Of a DNA stretch of 64,000 nt, positions 28,821 through 38,653 are shown one piece after another. Under the pieces are notes generated by a model, which was given only the letters and a program-made list of their open reading frames with translations, made no database searches and was not told the origin of the DNA. The position numbers and the translations under genes are program-made. Source of the DNA: Deltaproteobacteria bacterium (GTDB taxonomy: Bacteria > Myxococcota_A > UBA9160 > SMWR01); assembly GCA_032128375.1 (NCBI GenBank), contig JAQBGU010000063.1, positions 23,382-87,381 on the forward strand, given 5' to 3'. Position 1 is the first letter of the stretch. Each line of letters starts with the position of its first letter.

Positions 28821-30569
28821 CTACTCGAGGTGGCGGATCCGTCCCTCGGCATAGTGGAATCGGAGCTTCTTGTCGAAGTCGTGGAACATCACAGTCGAAA
28901 CGCCCTGTTTCTCCATCTGGACTCCGATTTCGAAGGCTTCCTGCTGCTTGAGCTTGGTGGGAACGCGCGCCCACATGGCGTTCACCGTACCGTGGAAGGT
29001 CGTCAGCGAACTCTCAGTGGTGGTGTATCCACTTGTCAAGTACGGCGTGATCTGTGCGAGCTGTTCATTGGTATATTGCGTGGCGTTCGACTTTCCATTG
29101 CCCCGACTGATCATCACTGCGCCGGCGACCACCGCAAGCAAGACGCACACGGTGATTCCAACGATGCCAGATCGGCCGCCACGCTTGGCTGGCTGCTTGC
29201 CCGGTTTCCGTTTCGTTCGCCGACCGGCTTCGGCTTGGCGCGTCCGCTGGGCTCGACGCCCGGGTCGGGCGGGTTGCACGCTTCGAGCCGCGGGTGTTTC
29301 GCTCGCGTCGCCCACGGTCTTGTTCGACGCGGAACCGACCGCATCGGCTCCTCTCGCGATCGAACGCCGAATCAACAAGTCTTCGTCAAAAAGTGGGTTC
29401 AGATAGCGCGCGCGAAGCTCGGCGAGTTGCTGCGCCTGGTCGAATTCACGGCTGCGTGTCAGTTCGCGGATGCCGGCCTGCGCCAGCTTGTCGATCTCTC
29501 CAGACGAAGATCGCCTCAACCACTCAGCATCGATTCCGAGCAGTTCGAGATCGTCGGAGGCCTCGTCGACGTGACGCACGACGAGGCCGATCGTCACCAC
29601 GCTTCGAACGATTCGGGAAACCCGGGAATTGGATCGATCCCGGAACGCGTCTTTTTCGAACGCGCTCAACTTCGAGATCTCGGCTGCCCCAGCCACCCGG
29701 TGCGCGGGGTCGTCGATCGCCGGGCCACGCGCCAGCCGAATCTTCAGCGCCGACTCGACGGCTTCGAGTTCGAACGAACCGAACGCAGGAAGCGCGTTCG
29801 AACCAGCGCTTTGGCTCCGCGAATCTGGATTGATTTCTTCGGATTCCGAAATCACCTCGAGTTCGGCCTGGTCCAGCGAACGCCGCACCTCTTGTTGCTG
29901 CAGCAGTCGATTGCCGACGACTACGTTGAAAGCGACGACGCTTCGCAACACGTGGGGTATCAACAGCTGGTTCACAGCAGCGCGCTTCAGCTCACGAACT
30001 CGCTGAACCATATCGCCGAGCGGTTCCCCACTGGCGAGCGCTTCCGACATTTCGCCAATCTTTGTCGCCAGAGTCTGTGATTCTTCCGTCGCCTCTTGTG
30101 CAGCTTCTGCACAGATCTCGTGCAGGTACACGGAAACCGATGAGGGGTCGCGTTCGATCTGCCTCCGACCGGCTGTTTCGGTAGTCGCAAGCAGTGTCAC
30201 GATGTAGTCGACCAGATCGGACCAGCGCTTGTCGGGGTCCGACAAGCAGACCTGGAGGAGCGACTCGAGGTCGCCAGGCGCTTCGACTCGAACCGCCGGC
30301 AGCGTCGCGCGAAACTGCCAGAACGAGGACCGGCGGATAATCGCCAGCATCTCGGTGCTGACTTCAGCAAGCGCGCCGTCGATCTTGGCGCGGATCTGGT
30401 CCGCGCTGCCTCCGGCATCCACTCCCTGCTGGATCCAACCGCGGATCTGGCGAAAACGCGACTCGATATCGAACGTACCCAGCACGTCGGGTTCGGGCGA
30501 AAGTGCGCGCAATGCTCCCCGAAGCGTTGCGTAGTACTTGGCTGCGGCTTGACTGTGGTTGGACAGCAC
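28821..30569 (-). CDS. Hypothetical protein, large helical cytoplasmic region plus C-terminal TM and small extracytoplasmic domain
   Basis: 582-aa ORF; basic low-complexity linker precedes the TM GIVGITVCVLLAVVAGAVMI. Confidence 0.7.
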   Translation of the reverse strand: MLSNHSQAAAKYYATLRGALRALSPEPDVLGTFDIESRFRQIRGWIQQGVDAGGSADQIRAKIDGALAEVSTEMLAIIRRSSFWQFRATLPAVRVEAPGDLESLLQVCLSDPDKRWSDLVDYIVTLLATTETAGRRQIERDPSSVSVYLHEICAEAAQEATEESQTLATKIGEMSEALASGEPLGDMVQRVRELKRAAVNQLLIPHVLRSVVAFNVVVGNRLLQQQEVRRSLDQAELEVISESEEINPDSRSQSAGSNALPAFGSFELEAVESALKIRLARGPAIDDPAHRVAGAAEISKLSAFEKDAFRDRSNSRVSRIVRSVVTIGLVVRHVDEASDDLELLGIDAEWLRRSSSGEIDKLAQAGIRELTRSREFDQAQQLAELRARYLNPLFDEDLLIRRSIARGADAVGSASNKTVGDASETPAARSVQPARPGRRAQRTRQAEAGRRTKRKPGKQPAKRGGRSGIVGITVCVLLAVVAGAVMISRGNGKSNATQYTNEQLAQITPYLTSGYTTTESSLTTFHGTVNAMWARVPTKLKQQEAFEIGVQMEKQGVSTVMFHDFDKKLRFHYAEGRIRHLE

Positions 30570-30730
30570 GTGGGTATGGCATCCCGATCGAGTTCAGACG
30601 CGACGAGTCGGTCGCGAGGGCCTCAATGGAATCGGTCGGATTCCGCTGCCGCTTGAGGCTTCAATCGCATGCCATTCGATCTTTCCGATCCGCTCATATC
30701 GAATGACCGAGGGTTCTTCTAGCGCGTCGA

Positions 30731-31849
30731 TTAGAGGCCGATCAACCCGGCCAGCGCCTCGCGGTGATGTGACGGATCACCAAAGAGCAGCTCGCTGGCC
30801 TTGGCGCGCTTGAAGTAGAGATGGGCGGGATGCTCCCAGGTGAAGCCCATGCCGCCGTGAATCTGAATGTTCTCCGCGGCCACGTGGAAGTAGGTTTCCG
30901 AACAGTAGGATTTCGCGATCGCACACGATGCGGACGCGTCCTGCGCGCCCAGCGCGATTTCGAAGCACGCCTGATACGCGGCGGATTTCGCGAATTCCAC
31001 CTCGACCAACATGTCGGCGCACTTGTGCTTGATGGCCTGGAACGACCCGATCGGTCGGCCAAACTGCAATCGGGTCTTGGCGTAGTCGACTGCCATGTCC
31101 AAGCACTTCTGAGCGCCGCCCGTCTGTTCCGCGGCCAGCGCGGCGATGGTTCGAGCCAGCACGGTCGCGAGCGAGGCCGCCTGGTCGCCCTGGCTGATCT
31201 TCTTGGCTGGCGTCTTCGAAAATTCGAGTGTCGCGAGTTTGCGGGTGAGATCCAGCGCAGGAATCGACGTCCGCTCGAGACCCGCGGCATTGGCCTCGAC
31301 GCGAAACAATTCGACCCCAGCGTCGGTCTTGGCCGCCACCAGAATCACGTCGGCCGTGTGGCCGTCGATCACGCAGCGCTTCGAACCATCGAGCTGCCAG
31401 TCGTTGCCGTGTTGGCTCGCGCGCATCTCGATACCGCCGACGTCCCAACGCCCGTTTTCTTCCACGTGAGCGAGTGTCGCGATGGTCTGGCCCGCAGCGA
31501 TTCCGACCAGCAGATCTTTCTGGGCGGCTTCGCTCGCGCATTCGAGCACGGCGTTGCTGGCCAATACCGCTGTGCTGAGAAACGGTGAACACAAGAGCGC
31601 GCGCCCCATCTCCTCCATGACCACGAGCAGCTCGACATAACCCACACCCGCGCCGCCGAACTCTTCGGGAATGATCAAACCGGCCAGGCCCATTTCTTCG
31701 GCCATCTGCGCCCAGACTGCGCGGTCCCAGCCGGTCTCCGTGGCCATTTGCGCGCGTACATCCTGCTCGCTGGATTTGTCGGCCAGAAACTGGCGAAGGG
31801 TGGCGCGCAGTTCGTCGTGTTCGTCTGTGAAACTGAAGTCGATCGCCAT
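30731..31849 (-). CDS. Acyl-CoA dehydrogenase family protein (short partner-subunit type)
   Basis: IPEEFGGAG, YAKTRLQFGRPIGSFQAIKHKCADM, IQIHGGMGFTWEHPAHLYFKRA. Confidence 0.93.
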   Translation of the reverse strand: MAIDFSFTDEHDELRATLRQFLADKSSEQDVRAQMATETGWDRAVWAQMAEEMGLAGLIIPEEFGGAGVGYVELLVVMEEMGRALLCSPFLSTAVLASNAVLECASEAAQKDLLVGIAAGQTIATLAHVEENGRWDVGGIEMRASQHGNDWQLDGSKRCVIDGHTADVILVAAKTDAGVELFRVEANAAGLERTSIPALDLTRKLATLEFSKTPAKKISQGDQAASLATVLARTIAALAAEQTGGAQKCLDMAVDYAKTRLQFGRPIGSFQAIKHKCADMLVEVEFAKSAAYQACFEIALGAQDASASCAIAKSYCSETYFHVAAENIQIHGGMGFTWEHPAHLYFKRAKASELLFGDPSHHREALAGLIGL

Positions 31850-31956
31850 GCTGTTCTCCTGCTCCACTCGCTGACAGTGTCGATCGTGAGTGGTCCGATT
31901 GGTCGAGTTCGCTGCGTCGGGACGTTTGCTGGAGCGCGGCGGATCCGTCTGCCGGA

Positions 31957-33183
31957 TCAGCTGCGCGGCACGTCCTTCCACGGGACTTCTTTGTCGACGC
32001 GCGGTTCGCCGGGCAACCCGAGCACGCGTTCACCGAGGATGTTGCGCATGATCTCGGAGGTTCCACCCTCGATCGAGTTCGCGCGCGATCGCAAGAACTG
32101 GTACTTCGCGAGGGACTCCGGGCTGTCCGTTCCGCCGAACCCCTGACGCAACTCGTAGCCCGCCTCGAAACTGAGGCCATCGTTTCCCAGCACGTCGATG
32201 CTGGTTTCCCAGAGTCGCTTGTGGATTTCGGCCTGTGCGAGCTTCGCCACCGAGCCTTCCGGCCCGGGATTTCCGGCTTTCATCGCCGCGCGTGCGCGAA
32301 TCGAGGTGACGCGCAGCAGCTCAGTTTCGATGTAGCGCCGTGTGACCGTGTCGCGAAGGATCGCTTCCCCCGCGGTCGACAACTGACCTGCCGCTCGCCC
32401 CTTCCACAGTTTGAGCAGCGGCGAGATCGAACCGGCGCCCTTCTTGGTCGATCCCCCGCCGCCGATCGCCACGCGTTCGTTCATCAGCGTCGTGATCGCG
32501 ACCCGCCAGCCCTGCCCTTCTTCGCCGAACATCCGATCGTGCGGGATTCGCACATCATTGAAGAAGACTTCGTTGAACTCGGCTTCGCCGGTAATCTGAT
32601 ACAAGGGGCGCACTTCGACGCCCGGCGTCTGCATGTCGAGCAGGAAGTAGGAAAGCCCGTCGTGCTTCGGTACGTCCGGGTTGGTCCGTGCGACCAGCAT
32701 GCCCCACTTCGCAACATGGGCGAGTGTCGTCCAGACCTTTTGGCCGTTGACGACCCACTCGTCTCCGTCGCGCACCGCCGTCGTCGCGAGACCCGCGACG
32801 TCCGAACCGGCGCCCGGCTCGCTGAACATCTGGCACCAGATGTCCTCGCCGGAAAAGACGCGCGGTAGCAACTCCTTCTTGAGCTTTTCACTGCCGTACG
32901 TGACCAGCGTCGGCGCCCCCATGCCGATTCCGATTACGCCGATCGGCGGATCCGGGTAGGTGACCTTGGAGTTCTTCGCGATTTCGTCGGCAACGACCTG
33001 ATTGAACTTCGGGCTCAATCCGAGCCCGCCGTAGCCTTCGGGGAAGTGGACGAAGGCGAGTCCGTGATCGTATTGGGCGCGCCTGAATGTCACAGCATCG
33101 ACCCTTTCGGGATGGACCTGCTCGAGCAGCTTTCGGGTGCGCTGCCGAATTTCGTCTTCGCCAATCTGGGGGCTGTCGCTCAT
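31957..33183 (-). CDS. Acyl-CoA dehydrogenase family protein
   Basis: WCQMFSEPGAGSDVAG, VNGQKVWTT, FNEVFF, TTLMNER, SIEGGTSEIMRN. Confidence 0.95.
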   Translation of the reverse strand: MSDSPQIGEDEIRQRTRKLLEQVHPERVDAVTFRRAQYDHGLAFVHFPEGYGGLGLSPKFNQVVADEIAKNSKVTYPDPPIGVIGIGMGAPTLVTYGSEKLKKELLPRVFSGEDIWCQMFSEPGAGSDVAGLATTAVRDGDEWVVNGQKVWTTLAHVAKWGMLVARTNPDVPKHDGLSYFLLDMQTPGVEVRPLYQITGEAEFNEVFFNDVRIPHDRMFGEEGQGWRVAITTLMNERVAIGGGGSTKKGAGSISPLLKLWKGRAAGQLSTAGEAILRDTVTRRYIETELLRVTSIRARAAMKAGNPGPEGSVAKLAQAEIHKRLWETSIDVLGNDGLSFEAGYELRQGFGGTDSPESLAKYQFLRSRANSIEGGTSEIMRNILGERVLGLPGEPRVDKEVPWKDVPRS

Positions 33184-33293
33184 GCTCTCCTCCGATACTG
33201 CGTTGGGCCCGGCATCATAACGGTTATTCCCGGCGCGCGGCACGGCCTCGCCTTCCCGTACGCAGCCCTCTAGCATCCGCGTCCGGAGGCCCC

Positions 33294-34193
33294 ATGAACT
33301 TTGAGACTCTCATCTTTGAAATCGAGCGCGGGCGCGCCAGAATCACGCTGAATCGGCCCGAAAAACGCAACGCGCTGTCCTACCAGCTGCAGTCGGAACT
33401 CTACGAAGCGCTTTGGGAGGCCGACAACGACACGGAGGTCCACGCCGTCATCTTGCGTGGCGCCGGCAAGTCGTTCTGCGCGGGCTACGACCTCGCGCCG
33501 ACTCCCAGCAGCGGCCCGCCCCGCGGCGACCCGGACCGCAGCTATCGCGGCTTCCGCGGCTTCGAGGACGACACCTGGCAACTCGAGCGCCAGCAGCGGC
33601 TGCGCATGGCGATCTTCGACATGCACAAGCCGGTGATTGCACAAGTCCACGGCCACTGCCTGGCCGGCGGAACCGACATCGCGCTCCTGTGCGATATGGT
33701 GATTGCCGCCGACGACGCGGTTTTCGGCTTTCCGCCGGCCCGCGATCTCGGTGCGCTGCCCAACAACATGTGGCTGTACAACGTCGGGCCGCAGTGGGCG
33801 AAGCGCTTGACGCTGACCGGTGACACCATCACCGGCACCGAAGCGGCACAGATCAACCTGGTTCTCAAGGCCGTGCCGCTGGAACATCTCGAAGCCGAGG
33901 TGGAAGGGCTCGTAGACCGGATGGCGCAGATCGACATCGAGCTGCTCTCGGCCAACAAGCGCATCGTCAACATGGGCCTCGAACTCATGGGCGCACGCAC
34001 CCTGCAGCGCATCGCGTGTGAGAACGACGCACGCGGTCACCAGACGCCGAGTGCGCGCGGCTTTACCAAATTGGCAATCGAGAAGGGCTTGAAGGAGGCC
34101 ATCCGGGAACGCGATGCGAAGTTCGGCGATGGACGAGCGCGTGTGCAGGGTCCCGAGATTCGCGACGAACGCGGGTTTCTGATCGACGATTGA
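33294..34193 (+). CDS. Enoyl-CoA hydratase/isomerase family protein
   Basis: ITLNRPEKRNAL, FCAGYDL, KPVIAQVHGHCLAGG. GGAGG RBS. Confidence 0.95.
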   Translation: MNFETLIFEIERGRARITLNRPEKRNALSYQLQSELYEALWEADNDTEVHAVILRGAGKSFCAGYDLAPTPSSGPPRGDPDRSYRGFRGFEDDTWQLERQQRLRMAIFDMHKPVIAQVHGHCLAGGTDIALLCDMVIAADDAVFGFPPARDLGALPNNMWLYNVGPQWAKRLTLTGDTITGTEAAQINLVLKAVPLEHLEAEVEGLVDRMAQIDIELLSANKRIVNMGLELMGARTLQRIACENDARGHQTPSARGFTKLAIEKGLKEAIRERDAKFGDGRARVQGPEIRDERGFLIDD

Positions 34194-34310
34194 AGTCGAC
34201 GCGACGGGCGGTCGTCGGTGAAGGGACATCTGGCGAACTACCTCGAACGCCTTCGCTCAACATCGCGAACATGGTGCGCGACGATTCGAGGCGCGCTACC
34301 CGGAGACCGC

Positions 34311-34335
34311 GCGCGCCTGAAGGCGCGCAGTTTTT
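34311..34335 (+). terminator. Intrinsic terminator candidate
   Basis: GCGCGCC-TGAA-GGCGCGC followed by AGTTTTT, between convergent genes. Confidence 0.6.
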
Positions 34336-34355
34336 CGCTCCTCGGAGCGGCCGAA

Positions 34356-35483
34356 TCAGAGCGCCCCGTACAGCGCGGCCAGCGGACCGAACGCCCGCGT
34401 GTCGCCCAGCGTGTTCTGCGACATCTTGTTCATCACGTACGCGACACCCAGCTGTGCATCGGGATCGATCACCACCAGCGAGCCGCCCCAGCCTCCCCAG
34501 AAGAACGTTCGCGGATTCGGCCCTACCGGTAGATCGGTCGAAGTCAGCCCGAACCCGCACCCCCAGCGAATCGGAACGCCGAGCACCAGGTCCGTTCCGT
34601 AGTGCTGCTCTTCGATCGCTTTGGCGAGCGTGGCTTCGGACAGCAGCGTCGAACGGCCACCCGCGACCGCCCCTGCGATGCGCGCGACGGATCGCGCGTT
34701 GCCGTGACCGTTGGCGGCGGGGATCTCGGCGCGACGCCACTCGATGCGGTTTGCAACGTCTCCAGTGAGCGCCGGGTTTCCGATGGCCCGCGCAGCGACC
34801 GAAGTGGGGTCGGTATTCTCAGCTCCTGCATGCGCGCCGGGCGGAATCAGCAGGCCGACCCGCGCGTCGTGCTCGGCGCCGGTTCCGATATGGAAATCCG
34901 CACCCAGCGGCTCTGCGATCTGCTCGCGAAAGAACTGGCCGATCGTGTCGCCAGACACCCGACGCACGACTTCGCCCAGCAGATAGCCGTGCGTGATCGC
35001 GTGATAACCACTCTGCGTTCCCGGCTCCCACCAGGGTTTCTGAGCGGCCAACAGTGAAACCGACTCGTCCCAGTCGAACAGGGTCTCGATCGAAATCGGT
35101 GTATCCCAACCCGGCAATCCCGACGTGTGGCTGAGCAACTGGCGAACGGGAATTTCCTGCTTGCCCTGCTGCGCGAACTCCGGCCACAAGCTGGCGACAG
35201 GAGCATCGAGATCGAGTTTCCCGCGATCGACGAGCAGCAACGTCGACAAGGCCGCCATCATCTTGGTCGTCGAAAAGACGTTGACGATCGTGTCGCTCTC
35301 CCACGGCCGCGTCTTGGCTCCATCGGCATGGCCCGCCCACAGGTCGATCACGCACTCCCCGCCGACGACGGCCGAAAACGACGCGCCGACTTCGACCCCC
35401 TGTTCGAAGTTCTTGCCGAACGCCTCCCGCACCGCCGCGAACCGGGTGTCGCATTCGCCTTGAATTTCGATCGGGTCAGCCAT
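34356..35483 (-). CDS. Serine hydrolase, beta-lactamase/EstA family
   Basis: VFSTTK (SxxK), LLSHTSGL, WEPGTQSGYH, WGGWGGS. AGGAG RBS. Confidence 0.95.
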   Translation of the reverse strand: MADPIEIQGECDTRFAAVREAFGKNFEQGVEVGASFSAVVGGECVIDLWAGHADGAKTRPWESDTIVNVFSTTKMMAALSTLLLVDRGKLDLDAPVASLWPEFAQQGKQEIPVRQLLSHTSGLPGWDTPISIETLFDWDESVSLLAAQKPWWEPGTQSGYHAITHGYLLGEVVRRVSGDTIGQFFREQIAEPLGADFHIGTGAEHDARVGLLIPPGAHAGAENTDPTSVAARAIGNPALTGDVANRIEWRRAEIPAANGHGNARSVARIAGAVAGGRSTLLSEATLAKAIEEQHYGTDLVLGVPIRWGCGFGLTSTDLPVGPNPRTFFWGGWGGSLVVIDPDAQLGVAYVMNKMSQNTLGDTRAFGPLAALYGAL

Positions 35484-35517
35484 GCGCCTTCTCCTGGTAG
35501 CTTTTTCCTCGTACCTT

Positions 35518-35541
35518 TCTGACTCTGACTCTGACTCTGAC
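35518..35541. repeat. Tandem repeat TCTGAC x4
   Basis: Seen directly in the divergent promoter region. Confidence 0.9.
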
Positions 35542-35640
35542 AATCTGCGTACTTCTGAGTGATCTCGCCGCGTGCGTCACGCGCCCAGGCGTGGCAGTGT
35601 AGAGGCTCCGGGGTAGAATCAAGTCAACCAAGGAGCCCCC

Positions 35641-36579
35641 ATGTCCGAGCCCGCCGCGCCGATCGACCCGCTTTCGCAAATGATGATGAACAACATCCCC
35701 GAGACGGTGGAGGACATGCGCAACCTCCTCGACGCTTTCGGCGCCATGCTCAACGGCGGCCTGCCGGAAGTCGGCGCTTTCCACGAGAAGGTGGCCGTCG
35801 AAGGCTGCCCGTCCGAGGTCACCGCCGATGTGATCGTTCCCATCGGCGAAGGACCGTTCCCGGTACTCGTCTACCTGCACGGCGGTGGTTGGATTTGCGG
35901 TAGCCCGACGACACACAAGAAGCTCGCTCATCGCTTCGCGGAGGCGGGGTACCTGGTCTTCAACGTCGACTACCGCATGGCGCCGGAGTTCCCGTTTCCG
36001 ACACCGTTCGAGGACTGCGTCGAATCCATCCGCTGGGCCGCGCGGGTCGCTGATCAGTATGGTGGCGACTCGAGTCGGCTCGCGGTCGGCGGAGATTCCG
36101 CGGGCGGCAACCTCTCGGCCGCGGCGGCCATCGCGCTGGCCGATGATCCGACGGTGACGATCTCTGCCGCGCTGCTGATCTACGGCGTGTTCGACTTTGC
36201 GACGATGGGCGCCGAATCGGCACGACCCGCGGAGGGGGTCACCGAAGAGATGGCGGCGGCCGGACCGAAACTCGTCGAGCTCATGATCGGCTCGTATCTC
36301 GGTCCGGAATCGGAACGCAAGAAGCTGTTGGGCGACCCGCGCGTCAGCCCAATCCATGCCGCGGACCGATTGCCGCCGTCGCATATCGTCTGCGGTGGTG
36401 CCGATCCGCTCGTCGAACAGGCCAAGGTCCTGAGCGAGACGCTCAGAAAAGCTGGAGTCGATCACGAACACGTCATCGTGCCCGACATGCCCCACGGCTA
36501 CGCTCAGATGGAATTCTTCCCGCAGGCGCGTGAGAGTATCGATCGGATGGTCGCGTTCTTGAATCAGCGACTCGGTTGA
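35641..36579 (+). CDS. Alpha/beta hydrolase, HSL (family IV) esterase
   Basis: HGGGW, DYRMAPE, GDSAGG, DPL, HGY. Confidence 0.95.
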   Translation: MSEPAAPIDPLSQMMMNNIPETVEDMRNLLDAFGAMLNGGLPEVGAFHEKVAVEGCPSEVTADVIVPIGEGPFPVLVYLHGGGWICGSPTTHKKLAHRFAEAGYLVFNVDYRMAPEFPFPTPFEDCVESIRWAARVADQYGGDSSRLAVGGDSAGGNLSAAAAIALADDPTVTISAALLIYGVFDFATMGAESARPAEGVTEEMAAAGPKLVELMIGSYLGPESERKKLLGDPRVSPIHAADRLPPSHIVCGGADPLVEQAKVLSETLRKAGVDHEHVIVPDMPHGYAQMEFFPQARESIDRMVAFLNQRLG

Positions 36580-36627
36580 ACGAGTCGAATTCGAGAGCTC
36601 GCGAAAACGCATCTCCTATCTACGACA

Positions 36628-37815
36628 TCAGTCTTGGCTCGGCTTCCGACAGTCGAGTAGTTCGGGTCGTTCGCCTCTTCGCCCCCATACCACTGCGTTC
36701 TGGCGCCACCGGAAGCCCAGGCGGAGCGCTTCGTACCGGTCGACTCCGAACGCGAGAAAACTCTCCTCGGGCGTCCAGCCGGCTCTGCGCGGCCACCCCT
36801 TGCCAGCGAACACCGGCGAGTTCTTGCGGGAGAGCTCGCGTCGCAGATCGCGGTTGCGCTGTTGGTTGTCTTGCTCGTTGGATTGCTTCGATTCTGGATT
36901 CCAGGCCGTGATGAAGACCCAGCAGTCGAATCCGCGTTCGTCCAGCAACGCGTCGAGGGGGGCGCATAGACTGCCAAGCCGGATGACCACGCCGGGCAGC
37001 GTGACCGCCGCATAGTCGGTCTCGCGATAGGCATCCCAGAGCGCGGCGTCAGCGCCGGCCGGCCTTGTTGCCAGCTCGCTTGCCCCGGTTTCGCCCGAGC
37101 CGGACTCCATCAGGCGAAGCAGACTGTGCAGCAACTTCAGCTCACCAATCGCGGGCCTCGCCCTGCCGAACAGGCGGCGAAATTTCGCGAAGGTCACGGC
37201 GCGAAGGTTGTCGCCGGTGAACTTGCGCAGGTCGAGTGTTCGCTCGAGGTGTTGATAGAAGAACTCCATCTCGCTCTGGCTCGGGTACTGGCCGTTATCG
37301 CTCGCCTGGCTGCCCCGCAGGCCCTCGCGCGACGCCACCAAGACCTCGTAGCAAAGCAGTTGCACTGCGGAGGCGAGATTCAACGAAGAAAACCCTGCAC
37401 TGGTTGGAATTCGCATCCAGAAGTTGCAGCGGTCGAGATCTTCGTTGGCGAGACCCGTTCGCTCCGGCCCAAAGATCGCAGCCACCGAGGCGCCGCTCGA
37501 GGACTCCTCGACGAGCATCTTTGCGGACTCGCGCGCATCGAGCACAGGTAGCGGGTGCGACCGCGTGCGCGCGGACCCGCCAATCACGAGCTGACAATCG
37601 TGGACCGCCTCAGCTGCGTCCTCCAGTACGATCGCGCCCTCGAGAACGTCCGCCGAACCGGCGGCTCTTCGCTCCGCTTCATCGCTGGGAAACTCCGATG
37701 GCCGAACCAGATAGAGCCTGGACAAGTTCATCGTCTTCATCGCGCGAGCGACGGCGCCGATATTGCCGGGGTGTTGCGGATCGATCAGAACGATCCGGAT
37801 GTCATCGACGGGCAC
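36628..37815 (-). CDS. trmJ: TrmJ-type SPOUT RNA methyltransferase fused to a C-terminal DUF3293-like domain
   Basis: HPGNIGAVARAMKTM, FGPERTGLANEDL, SLNLASAVQLLCYE, then in frame FITAWNP...EESF...QNAVVWG. Start uncertain (37815 or 37860). Confidence 0.85.
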   Translation of the reverse strand: MPVDDIRIVLIDPQHPGNIGAVARAMKTMNLSRLYLVRPSEFPSDEAERRAAGSADVLEGAIVLEDAAEAVHDCQLVIGGSARTRSHPLPVLDARESAKMLVEESSSGASVAAIFGPERTGLANEDLDRCNFWMRIPTSAGFSSLNLASAVQLLCYEVLVASREGLRGSQASDNGQYPSQSEMEFFYQHLERTLDLRKFTGDNLRAVTFAKFRRLFGRARPAIGELKLLHSLLRLMESGSGETGASELATRPAGADAALWDAYRETDYAAVTLPGVVIRLGSLCAPLDALLDERGFDCWVFITAWNPESKQSNEQDNQQRNRDLRRELSRKNSPVFAGKGWPRRAGWTPEESFLAFGVDRYEALRLGFRWRQNAVVWGRRGERPELLDCRKPSQD

Positions 37816-37949
37816 GAGACCTCGAGCGGCGAAAATGCGCCGGTAGTTGCAAACCGGCATTGAGCCTCTGGAATGCCGAGCCAGAAGTCAAGCCGAACCA
37901 GTGCGGGGCTGTCCCGACATCCGGTGTCGAAAACCATCCAAGCGGGCCC

Positions 37950-38080
37950 GAGAGTTGGGTGACGCCCATTGCCCGGTACAGGCCGGCGGGCCTCGTCGAA
38001 ATGTCGCTCCCTCGTGTCGATGTCGCCGCAGAACTTCATTGTCGCCGGATCGTCGAATCCGCATGCCGCGCGAGCAAGTG
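37950..38080 (-). pseudogene. Possible collapsed remnant of a zinc-ribbon / adenylate cyclase / AAA-TPR gene
   Basis: ACGFDDPATMKFCG (double zinc ribbon N-terminus) runs directly into DIDTRERHFDEARR(fs)LYRAMGVT, resembling the C-terminal helix of such proteins. Confidence 0.4.
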
Positions 38081-38362
38081 CTCCCGAGTCCTTCGCGACG
38101 TGATCGGACGATATGGAACTCCCAGCACACGCGTGACCTATGCATGCGTTCGTCGGGTCGCCAGGCCGTCTTCTGCCGATGGGTCCTTGGCTATTCAGAA
38201 GCAAATTCTGGCGTTCTTGTGAGTGGCGAACGCAACAGACGGTTTGCGATCGAGCAATCCAGGTACCGGGAGCCGAGGTCGATCGGATTTCGTTCGGACT
38301 CTCGAAAGCTACGATTCGCTCGATCGTCCGGTTCGTCGGGTGCCTCGTGCTGGGTCACGCTG

Positions 38363-38585
38363 CTATTCCAGCCCGTGCAGCCTTGCGGCGGTGTCGTGCA
38401 TGACCTTGCGCAACACGTCCGTCGGAATGTCGCCCAACACGCGGTCGGCGTAGAGTCGTGGCTGAGTACCGACGCTGGCGGGGCCGGGCGCCTGACACGT
38501 CGGGTGTGGATAGTCGGTCTCGAACAAGATGTTGTCGGGGAACATTTCGAGAGCCGTCTTCACTCCGCGCACCTCGAATGCCTGT
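38363..38585 (-). pseudogene. C-terminal fragment of an amidohydrolase_2 family protein
   Basis: DNILFETDYPHPTC...RKVMHDTAARLHGL. No N-terminal portion before the divergent sulfatase. Confidence 0.8.
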
Positions 38586-38653
38586 GAATTTCGGACTGGG
38601 GACACTAGCCTACAGTTCCATTCGGGCTTCGGGAACCATCATCAGGAGGAAGC

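Noticed and set aside
28536..30080. 514-aa plus-strand ORF, and other long antisense ORFs such as 39662-41032, 40815-42233 and 60850-61908
   Set aside because: Shadow ORFs opposite better-supported genes, expected in high-GC DNA; no recognisable motifs.
34196..34320. Coding-like fragment (KGHLANYLERL...FEARYPETARA)
   Set aside because: May be another gene remnant, but I cannot assign a family.
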